The notes under the pieces were generated by a model. That model saw only the letters and a list, made by a program, of their open reading frames with translations, was not told the origin of the DNA and made no database searches. Positions 1-5,598 of a stretch of DNA of 5,823 nt are shown here, piece after piece. A program made the translations under genes and the position numbers. Each line of letters begins with the position of its first letter. The first letter of the stretch is position 1. This DNA comes from a virus. The stretch covers positions 1 to 5,823 of IMG/VR virus record IMGVR_UViG_3300045988_006127. One strand, given 5' to 3'.

Positions 1-99
1 AATAATGAATGGATTAGCCGAGCTCCGCATACGCTACGCACGGCAAGGCGCTAAAGCGCCATTCAAACCAAAAAACAATTGACAAGCGACAAAAAAAAT
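1..99. repeat. Terminal direct repeat, copy A (identical to 5725-5823); circular-assembly overlap
   Basis: Base-by-base comparison: aataatgaatggattagccgagctcc...gacaagcgacaaaaaaaat is identical at both ends (99/99). Confidence 0.95.
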
Positions 100-107
100 G
101 ATATAAT
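79..107 (+). promoter_or_regulatory. Consensus sigma70/sigmaA-type promoter with extended -10
   Basis: TTGACA at 79-84, exactly 17-nt spacer, TATAAT at 102-107 preceded by TG at 99-100 (TGaTATAAT). A-rich tract at 68-78 upstream. It lies about 25 nt upstream of the peptidase start codon. Confidence 0.8.
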
Positions 108-132
108 CAAAACAGAAAGCGAGGAAACGGCC

Positions 133-525
133 ATGAGCATTAAAAGCTACCTTGTAAATACTGACGGAAACGTAAAACTAGCAAGACACTTCAAAGTAAA
201 AGAATTTGCTTGCAAAGACTTAAGTCCAGTAGTGTTTATAGATGAATATCTATGGAACGTGCTGGACATCCTCCGGCATAAACTAGGAAAACCGGTAATA
301 ATCACCAGCGGATACAGAACACCAGAGTGGAACACAAAATGCGGCGGAGCAAAATACAGCTATCATATGCGCGGTATGGCAGCAGACATCCGAGTAAATG
401 GAATGACACCGAAACAAGTAGCCAACATACTGAATGAAATTGTACCGGATGAATGCGGCATTATCGTATACAAAAGCTGGGTGCACTTTGACGTGCGCAA
501 AAGCAAATACAGAAAAGGGATCTGA
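133..525 (+). CDS. Zinc D,D- or L,D-peptidase of the LAS / peptidase M15 (M15A/M15_3, YcbK/MepK-like) family; probable cell-wall hydrolase (130 aa)
   Basis: ATG at 133 preceded by GAGGA (121-125). The track ORF starts at TTG 79, which is the -35 box. Motifs: SGYRTPEWN, H78-x6-D85 (YSYHMRGMAADI; codons at 364 and 385) and H118 in WVHFD (codon 484), i.e. the H/D/H zinc triad of LAS peptidases. No signal peptide or TM segment is visible. Confidence 0.85.
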   Translation: MSIKSYLVNTDGNVKLARHFKVKEFACKDLSPVVFIDEYLWNVLDILRHKLGKPVIITSGYRTPEWNTKCGGAKYSYHMRGMAADIRVNGMTPKQVANILNEIVPDECGIIVYKSWVHFDVRKSKYRKGI

Positions 526-609
526 ATGACCTAACGGCGCATACTGGACGGACAGGTTCCGCGAAGTCAATAGTATTAGGGCAATCAGAAACAGAAAGGA
601 GGTGTAACA

Positions 610-732
610 ATGGCACTGATTAGCATTAAAGACGTCAAACAGGCAATCCGGCTTATGATGCAGATTCTCGAAAAGCTTGACGAAATCTATCACGCGCTGC
701 ATGATAGCGTCAACGAAAAAGAAAAGGAGTAA
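610..732 (+). CDS. Small hypothetical protein, 40 aa (MALISIKDVKQAIRLMMQILEKLDEIYHALHDSVNEKEKE), not in the supplied ORF track
   Basis: Near-perfect SD AAAGGAGGTG at 595-604, 7 nt from GGAGG to ATG 610. TAA at 730-732. The stop is followed 2 nt later by the next ATG, and that gene's SD lies inside this ORF's 3' end. Predicted amphipathic helix with an acidic C-terminus. Confidence 0.6.
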   Translation: MALISIKDVKQAIRLMMQILEKLDEIYHALHDSVNEKEKE

Positions 733-734
733 CC

Positions 735-962
735 ATGATGCAAAAAACATGGAATGTACGCGACCAGACCAAAGAAGCAATTGAAGAGCTGCTCGAACGA
801 AAATACAAAGAAATTGATGGCAATTACAAAATGCTTAAAAAAGTGTCAAACATCGAGGATGCAAAAAAGCTAATAGATGAAATTTGGCAGATGAAAAGCT
901 TTGCATATGCCATGGAGTTAGAGCTAATGCGAAGGGAGTATAACAATGGGACGACATCGTAA
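735..962 (+). CDS. Small hypothetical protein, 75 aa, helical and charged, function unknown
   Basis: SD AAAGGAG at 723-729, ATG at 735 (second ATG at 738). Same strand and tight packing with neighbours. No motif I recognise. Confidence 0.65.
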   Translation: MMQKTWNVRDQTKEAIEELLERKYKEIDGNYKMLKKVSNIEDAKKLIDEIWQMKSFAYAMELELMRREYNNGTTS

Positions 963-1068
963 AGCAATGAACGGCGCAAAAGACCGCCGTATGTTTAACG
1001 TAACCGCACGAAAAACCAAAACCATCAACCTTAGCCAGAAACCTATGCGCGGTGGCATCCGGCTGTAA
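946..1068 (+). CDS. Small highly basic DNA-binding/packaging protein (phiX174 J analogue; gokushovirus ORF8/VP8-like), 40 aa
   Basis: Hand translation: MGRHRKAMNGAKDRRMFNVTARKTKTINLSQKPMRGGIRL. 12 of 40 residues are K/R. The C-terminal PMRGGIRL matches what I recall from Chlamydia-phage/gokushovirus ORF8 proteins. SD GGGAG at 934-938, ATG at 946, 17-nt overlap with the upstream ORF. Not in the ORF track because it is too short. Confidence 0.75.
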   Translation: MGRHRKAMNGAKDRRMFNVTARKTKTINLSQKPMRGGIRL

Positions 1069-1086
1069 AAAAGGAGAATAAATATC

Positions 1087-1326
1087 ATGAAACATGAATA
1101 TTTTGGTCTGTGGGACAGTGTAGCAAAGTGCTATGCATGGGTAGGCGAGAGCAAGAACAATGCAACCTTTGCACGTATGTGCAACGTAATGGCAAAGGAT
1201 GAAAAAACGTTTGTTGGACAGGCACCGGACGACTATACCGGCTTTAAACTGGCAGAGTTTAACGACGAGACCGGAACCTTTGAAAACTGCAAGGAAAAAG
1301 TATGGGAGGGCAAGCCGCTTGAATAA
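1087..1326 (+). CDS. VP5-like small non-structural protein (gokushovirus ORF5; proposed phiX174 protein C analogue), 79 aa
   Basis: SD AAGGAG at 1071-1076, ATG at 1087. Its size, its position just upstream of VP3/VP1, and the pattern YFGLWDSVA...PDDYTGFKLAEFNDETG resemble my recollection of VP5 (F.D..A...DY.L..G.FD..TG). The CDS call is solid. The functional label is moderate. Confidence 0.7.
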   Translation: MKHEYFGLWDSVAKCYAWVGESKNNATFARMCNVMAKDEKTFVGQAPDDYTGFKLAEFNDETGTFENCKEKVWEGKPLE

Positions 1327-1334
1327 ACGATACG

Positions 1335-1360
1335 AAGAAGGGCGAACGCCCTTCTTTTCT
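1335..1360 (+). terminator. Intrinsic terminator/attenuator hairpin between the VP5-like gene and VP3
   Basis: AAGAAGGGC (1335-1343), loop GAAC, GCCCTTCTT (1348-1356), followed by TTCT. 9-bp stem and a short U-tract, 9 nt after the TAA at 1324-1326. Confidence 0.6.
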
Positions 1361-1375
1361 GCATCAGGAGAAAAA

Positions 1376-1717
1376 ATGCGAAAGCAATACGTCTGGACAA
1401 AAGACGAAAAAGGACAAGAAGTGCTGCAAGAAACAGCACCAATAGACATCCAACAGGAAATTGAATCGTACTCGGAAGAGTGTGATATCAAAAACATTGT
1501 CCGAAAAGCAAGTTTTGACCCGCAATTTCTGAAAAGCCTGTCACAGGGAGCGCTGGAAGGAACAGAGGTGGATATTACAGAATTTCCGCAAAACATCCAT
1601 GAGTATCACCGCATGATTGCAACAGCACAGGTAAACGCCATGAAACTTGAAGAACTACAAAAAACGGCAACAGCGGAACCTAAAGAAGAACCTAAAGCAA
1701 AGGAGGGAGAAGAGTGA
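1376..1717 (+). CDS. VP3: Internal scaffolding protein VP3 (113 aa)
   Basis: ATG at 1376 preceded by GGAG (1367-1370). The track ORF from 1199 would overlap the previous gene and run through the terminator hairpin. ECDIKNIVRK...GTEVDITEFPQNIHEYHRMIATAQ resembles the gokushovirus VP3 scaffold core. Acidic/lysine-rich tail. The stop overlaps the VP1 start. Confidence 0.75.
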   Translation: MRKQYVWTKDEKGQEVLQETAPIDIQQEIESYSEECDIKNIVRKASFDPQFLKSLSQGALEGTEVDITEFPQNIHEYHRMIATAQVNAMKLEELQKTATAEPKEEPKAKEGEE

Positions 1718-3378
1718 ACCGAAACAATGAACGGCACTTTAACCAAATTCCGGAAATGAAAGCGAGTCGAACGCGGTTTAACCGTGACCAGACGATTTTA
1801 ACAACGTTCGATTCCGGCAAGCTGATTCCATTTTACGTTGACGAGGTATTGCCGGGCGACACCTTTAACGTAGACACGGCAGCAATCATCAGAATGACCA
1901 CACCGAAGTATCCTGTTTTCGATGACGCATTCATCGATTTTTACTACTTCTACTGTCCTAACCGTATCTTATGGGATGACTTCAAACAATTTATGGGAGA
2001 AGTCGAAAACAAGCCTTGGATGCCAACAAAGGACTACAAAGTACCGCAAATCGTAATAAAAGGAACAACAGAAAAAGGCTGCCCAAATGAAAATTCAATC
2101 TTGGACTATATGGGAGTACCAACAAAAATTGGCGCACAATTCTCAATCAACGCACTTCCAATCAGAGCATATGTCATGATATGGAACGAGTTTTTCCGAG
2201 ACGAAAACGTTGAAAACGCAGCAGTATGGAAAAGCACCAGCGAAGATGTAGAATATCAAGACACAAACGATGAAGATAACCTTGAAGGAAATTTACAGCG
2301 GGCAATCGCAGGAGGTAGGTGCTTACCGGTAAACAAATTCCATGACTACTTTACAAGTTGTATGCCTTATCCTCAGCGCGGGCCGGCAGTGACGCTGCCG
2401 ATGGAAGGTAATGCAGCTATATTCACAGGTGACATCTACGGGAGACCCAAAGAAACCTCTATCTTCCTTTGCAACACTACACCAAACCAGCAAGGACGTC
2501 TAACTTCAATAAGCTTCAAAAACAGCTATTTAACGGACGTACTAGGAAGCACAAAAGCAACCGGAACGGGTGGACAGGACACAGACGGATACTTATATGC
2601 AGACCTTAGCACAGTAACAGCAGCAACCATCAACGACTTGCGCAAGGCCGTAGCAGTACAGCAGTACTACGAAGCGCTTGCAAGAGGTGGTAGCCGTTAC
2701 CGTGAACAGGTACAAGCACTATGGGACGTAGTAATCAGCGATAAAACCGTGCAGGTGCCGGAATACCTTGGCGGTGGCAGATATCACGTCAATATTAACC
2801 AAATCGTGCAGACCAGCGGTCAGCAGACCAACGAAGACACGCCCATAGGTGAAACTGGAGCAATGTCAGTGACACCCATCAATGAAAGCAGTTTCACAAA
2901 ATCTTTTGAAGAGCATGGCTTTGTAATTGGCGTATGTTGCGTCCGACACAATCACAGTTATCAGCAAGGCTTGGAGCGTTTTTGGAGCAGAACCGACAGA
3001 CTAGATTACTATGTACCTCAGTTCGCAAACTTGGGGGAACAGCCTGTCAAAAAGAAAGAAATCATGTTGACAGGCAAAGCAACAGACGAAGAAACATTTG
3101 GGTATCAGGAGGCCTGGGCAGATTATCGCATGAAACCTAATCGGGTTTCAGGCCTCATGAGAAGCAACACAACCGGCAGTCTAGACTTCTGGCACTATGC
3201 AGACAACTACAAAAACGTACCGACGCTATCGCAGGAATGGATGAAAGAAGGAAAAGAAGAAATTGCACGCACACTCATCGTGCAAGATGAACCACAATTT
3301 TTCGGAGCAATCCGCATAGCAAACAAAACCACGAGACGGATGCCGTTATACAGCGTACCGGGCTTGTATAAACTGTAA
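1714..3378 (+). CDS. VP1: Major capsid protein VP1 (phiX174 F-protein family), 554 aa
   Basis: GTG start at 1714 overlaps the VP3 TGA (GTGA), with SD GGAGG at 1702-1706. The N-terminal ...RTRFNRDQTILTTFDSGKLIPFYVDEVLPGDTF... is the hallmark microvirus capsid motif. Size and position are typical. Confidence 0.93.
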   Translation: MNRNNERHFNQIPEMKASRTRFNRDQTILTTFDSGKLIPFYVDEVLPGDTFNVDTAAIIRMTTPKYPVFDDAFIDFYYFYCPNRILWDDFKQFMGEVENKPWMPTKDYKVPQIVIKGTTEKGCPNENSILDYMGVPTKIGAQFSINALPIRAYVMIWNEFFRDENVENAAVWKSTSEDVEYQDTNDEDNLEGNLQRAIAGGRCLPVNKFHDYFTSCMPYPQRGPAVTLPMEGNAAIFTGDIYGRPKETSIFLCNTTPNQQGRLTSISFKNSYLTDVLGSTKATGTGGQDTDGYLYADLSTVTAATINDLRKAVAVQQYYEALARGGSRYREQVQALWDVVISDKTVQVPEYLGGGRYHVNINQIVQTSGQQTNEDTPIGETGAMSVTPINESSFTKSFEEHGFVIGVCCVRHNHSYQQGLERFWSRTDRLDYYVPQFANLGEQPVKKKEIMLTGKATDEETFGYQEAWADYRMKPNRVSGLMRSNTTGSLDFWHYADNYKNVPTLSQEWMKEGKEEIARTLIVQDEPQFFGAIRIANKTTRRMPLYSVPGLYKL

Positions 3379-3389
3379 GAAAGGAGGAT

Positions 3390-3415
3390 GCCCGGGCAAA
3401 ACCCGGGCTATTTTT
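3390..3415 (+). terminator. Rho-independent terminator after VP1
   Basis: GCCCGGG (3390-3396), loop CAAAA, CCCGGGC (3402-3408), then TATTTTT (3409-3415). Begins 12 nt after the VP1 stop. Confidence 0.75.
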
Positions 3416-3417
3416 AA

Positions 3418-4278
3418 ATGGGCGCATTATCAGGATTCTTAACAGCACTAAACGTAGCGGGAAACGTAGCAAACACAATCGGAACTTTTGCAGGAGCAGC
3501 TAAAAACGTAGCCGGAGCGTTTGGCGGATGGGGACAGACAGGCAATAGCCAAAGTAGCGGCGGCAGCATAAGCCAAGGCGGCGGACATTCCGAAAGCGGA
3601 AGTCAATCCGGCACAAACGTGCAACAGGTCAACGAATGGCTAAAACAAGCATACGCATACCAAGGGCAAGAAGCAGCCATGCAAGGTAAATACAACAGTC
3701 AAAGCATGCTTAAACAAATGGGTTACAACACCTTACAAGCAATCATGCAAGGCGTATACAACCACATTGAAAACAGCGTAGCAATGAACTACAACAGTGC
3801 AGAAGCACTAGCAAACCGTGAATGGCAAGAACACATGTCAAACACAGCATACCAGCGAGCCGTAGAGGACATGAAAAAAGCAGGGCTTAACCCTATCTTA
3901 GCGTTCTCAAACGGCGGCGCAAGCACACCGGGAGGAAGTGCAGGAACAATCAGTGGAGCAAGTATGGGACTTGCAAGCAGCAGCGCACTAGGAGTAAGCC
4001 GAAGCAGCGGATTTGTACCAAATGCATACTCAAGCTCAAGCTGGAGTAAAAGTGACTGGTATAATGCTGCACAAAGCTGGCAACAAATGCTTAGTTCAAC
4101 GCACATGACACCATATGGACTGCAAAAGGCGCTTACAAAAGTCGGAAACGACACAAACAAGGCCATTACAGATGCAACGGAAAAAGGAAAATACGCAGAA
4201 CAAAGCAGAAGCATAAAGCCACAAGACAAAACAGGAACATACGGAGAAAAGCGAAAGCCGGGTGATTATTTGAAGTGA
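3418..4278 (+). CDS. VP2: DNA pilot / minor capsid protein VP2 (phiX174 H analogue), 286 aa
   Basis: Hydrophobic Gly/Ala-rich N-terminus, then a Gly/Ser/Gln low-complexity stretch (about nt 3523-3612). Conserved gokushovirus VP2 motif SNTAYQRAVEDMKKAGLNPILAF (nt 3838-3906). An in-frame TAA immediately upstream fixes the ATG at 3418. Confidence 0.88.
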   Translation: MGALSGFLTALNVAGNVANTIGTFAGAAKNVAGAFGGWGQTGNSQSSGGSISQGGGHSESGSQSGTNVQQVNEWLKQAYAYQGQEAAMQGKYNSQSMLKQMGYNTLQAIMQGVYNHIENSVAMNYNSAEALANREWQEHMSNTAYQRAVEDMKKAGLNPILAFSNGGASTPGGSAGTISGASMGLASSSALGVSRSSGFVPNAYSSSSWSKSDWYNAAQSWQQMLSSTHMTPYGLQKALTKVGNDTNKAITDATEKGKYAEQSRSIKPQDKTGTYGEKRKPGDYLK

Positions 4279-5294
4279 GTTGTTACAAGCCATTAATAAG
4301 GCTGTACGACCCTAACGACAAAAACATTAGCGGGAGGGTGTATTCACTCTCCCGCTATTCTCAGTTAGCGGGAAAGCAGCTAAAATATGAAGATCTAATG
4401 TACAGAAAAGATGTAATGCTGATACCATGTGGGCAGTGCATCGGATGCAGAATAAGGCAAAGGGAAGACTGGACAACACGAATAGAATTAGAAGCACGAG
4501 ACTATCCAAAAGAAGAAGTATGGTTTATCACATTAACTTATGATGATGAGCATGTACCGGGCATGATAGTAAACACAGGCGAAATCATGAGAAAAGTACA
4601 ATACGTCTGGAAACCGGGAGAGAAGCGCCCTGAAAGCGTCCAAACGTTGCTATATACTGACGTTCAAAAATTCTTAAAACGTCTCAGGAAGGCTTATAGG
4701 GGCAAATTACGCTATTTTGTAGCGGGAGAATACGGAGAACAGACGGCAAGGCCACATTACCATATGATTTTATACGGATGGCGGCCAACAGACCTAGAAC
4801 ATCTATACAAGATACAACACAACGGATATTACACAAGTAAATGGCTAGCAGACCTATGGGGCATGGGTCAAATACAGATAGCACAAGCAGCACCGGAAAC
4901 ATATAGATATGTTGCAGGATACGTCACGAAAAAAATGTACGAGATAGACGGTCAAAAAGCAAACACATACTACGAACTAGGGCAACAAAAGCCTTTTGCG
5001 TGTATGAGTCTTAAACCAGGACTAGGAGACCACTACTATCAAGAACACAAAGCAGAAATCTGGAGACAAGGGTATATCCAATGCACAAACGGCAAACGCG
5101 CACAAATTCCACGTTATTATGAAAAAATGATGGAAGCAGAAAACCCACAAAGGTTGTGGAGAATTAAACAGAACAGACAAGCAGCAGCCATAGCAGAAAA
5201 CCGACTAAAGTACGAAAATACAGACTTTGCAGAACAGTGCAAAACGAAAGAAAGAGTGATAAAGAAGCAGATGAAGAAGAGAGGGACACTTTAA
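4275..5294 (+). CDS. VP4: Rolling-circle replication initiator VP4 (HUH endonuclease, phiX174 A analogue), 339 aa
   Basis: GTG start overlaps the VP2 TGA (GTGA at 4275-4278). Motif I FITLTY (4524-4541), motif II HYH in RPHYHMILYG (4755-4763), motif III with two catalytic tyrosines YVAGYVTKK (4908 onward). N-terminal CGQCIGCR cysteine cluster is typical of gokushovirus VP4. Confidence 0.93.
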   Translation: MSCYKPLIRLYDPNDKNISGRVYSLSRYSQLAGKQLKYEDLMYRKDVMLIPCGQCIGCRIRQREDWTTRIELEARDYPKEEVWFITLTYDDEHVPGMIVNTGEIMRKVQYVWKPGEKRPESVQTLLYTDVQKFLKRLRKAYRGKLRYFVAGEYGEQTARPHYHMILYGWRPTDLEHLYKIQHNGYYTSKWLADLWGMGQIQIAQAAPETYRYVAGYVTKKMYEIDGQKANTYYELGQQKPFACMSLKPGLGDHYYQEHKAEIWRQGYIQCTNGKRAQIPRYYEKMMEAENPQRLWRIKQNRQAAAIAENRLKYENTDFAEQCKTKERVIKKQMKKRGTL

Positions 5295-5305
5295 CAGTGT
5301 CATGG

Positions 5306-5353
5306 TGTCACCTAGCCAAGTACCTATCAAGTAAGGTACTTGGCTAAGTGTCA
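5306..5353 (+). promoter_or_regulatory. Long imperfect hairpin immediately after VP4 (possible terminator or ssDNA structural element)
   Basis: Perfect 13-bp stem TAGCCAAGTACCT (5313-5325) / AGGTACTTGGCTA (5334-5346), loop ATCAAGTA. It extends to 5306/5353 with two mismatches. No clear T-run follows. GTGTCA occurs three times (5297, 5305, 5348). Confidence 0.6.
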
Positions 5354-5385
5354 TTTAAAAGGTCCATGTATCAGTCTATTCAGTG

Positions 5386-5418
5386 AATAAAAAGGGGCTG
5401 ACCTAAAGTCAGCCCCTT
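5386..5418 (-). terminator. Textbook intrinsic terminator oriented on the minus strand
   Basis: Minus strand reads AAGGGGCTGAC-TTTAG-GTCAGCCCCTT followed by TTTATT (11-bp GC-rich stem, 5-nt loop, U-tract). On the + strand the stem (5392-5402 / 5408-5418) is followed by GCGTCGCG with no U-tract. Confidence 0.6.
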
Positions 5419-5447
5419 GCGTCGCGCCCCAATCTTGGGGCTGCCGC

Positions 5448-5499
5448 TGTGCGCACGCGCGCACGCGCGCGCAAACGCGCACGCGCACACGTGCGCATA
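5448..5499. repeat. GC-rich perfectly alternating pyrimidine/purine tract (CG/CA/TG dinucleotides; CGCGCAC-type repeats)
   Basis: Uninterrupted Py-Pu alternation over 5448-5473 (26 nt) and Pu-Py over 5475-5499 (25 nt), separated by a single A. The outer arms TGCGCACG (5450-5457) and CGTGCGCA (5490-5497) are complementary. It is a strong compositional outlier next to AT-rich DNA. Confidence 0.85.
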
Positions 5500-5598
5500 A
5501 TATTATATAACTTGTTGTAGTCGTAGTAATAGAGGTAGTGGAAAAGTTGAAAAGTACTAAAATTTAGCGCTAAAACGTAAATAAAAAGCAAAAAACAA

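Noticed and set aside
1-99. Biological terminal repeat (DTR/LTR of a linear element)
   Set aside because: The gene content is that of a circular ssDNA microvirus, and the repeat boundary bisects a promoter. An exact 99-nt overlap is typical of linearised circular contigs.
79-132. N-terminal extension of the peptidase ORF (track ORF starts at TTG 79)
   Set aside because: The TTG is the first codon of the TTGACA -35 box, and the extension runs through the -10 element. ATG 133 has a proper GAGGA SD 7 nt upstream.
677-705. Possible internal promoter TTGACG-17-CATGAT inside the 40-aa ORF
   Set aside because: The -10 matches only 4 of 6 positions and lacks the invariant first T. It lies in coding sequence, so the evidence is too weak to call.
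1199-1375. N-terminal extension of the VP3 ORF (172-aa version)
   Set aside because: It overlaps the VP5-like gene in another frame and reads through the terminator hairpin, with no SD at 1199. ATG 1376 has GGAG 5 nt upstream, and the conserved VP3-like sequence begins after it.
835-1596. 253-aa minus-strand ORF, and the other minus-strand ORFs at 147-335, 283-780, 1233-1442, 3275-3478, 3789-4229, 4096-4293, 4327-4509 and 4684-4902
   Set aside because: All are antisense to well-supported + strand genes with strong SDs. The translations are Cys/Phe/Ser/Leu-rich and lack any motif I recognise, as expected from the complement of an A-rich coding strand that is poor in TTA/CTA/TCA. Microviridae are transcribed from one strand. 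The 253-aa one has only a weak GGTGA upstream. It could be settled by dN/dS in relatives, but I do not call it.
2934-3140. 68-aa basic ORF in an alternative frame inside VP1 (a phiX174-style overlapping gene?)
   Set aside because: No SD precedes ATG 2934, and the composition looks like frame-shifted capsid sequence. There is no supporting signal beyond being open.
3388-3417. 9-codon mini-ORF MPGQNPGYF directly after the AAGGAGG at 3381-3387
   Set aside because: There is zero spacing between SD and ATG, and the ORF is simply the terminator hairpin sequence. It is more likely that the SD serves VP2 across the hairpin.
5409-5591. 60-aa minus-strand ORF across the GC tract
   Set aside because: It starts at a TTG with no SD. 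The C-terminal half is (RA)n low complexity produced by the alternating GC repeat, and the ORF ends inside the terminator stem. The region is better explained as non-coding structure or RNA.
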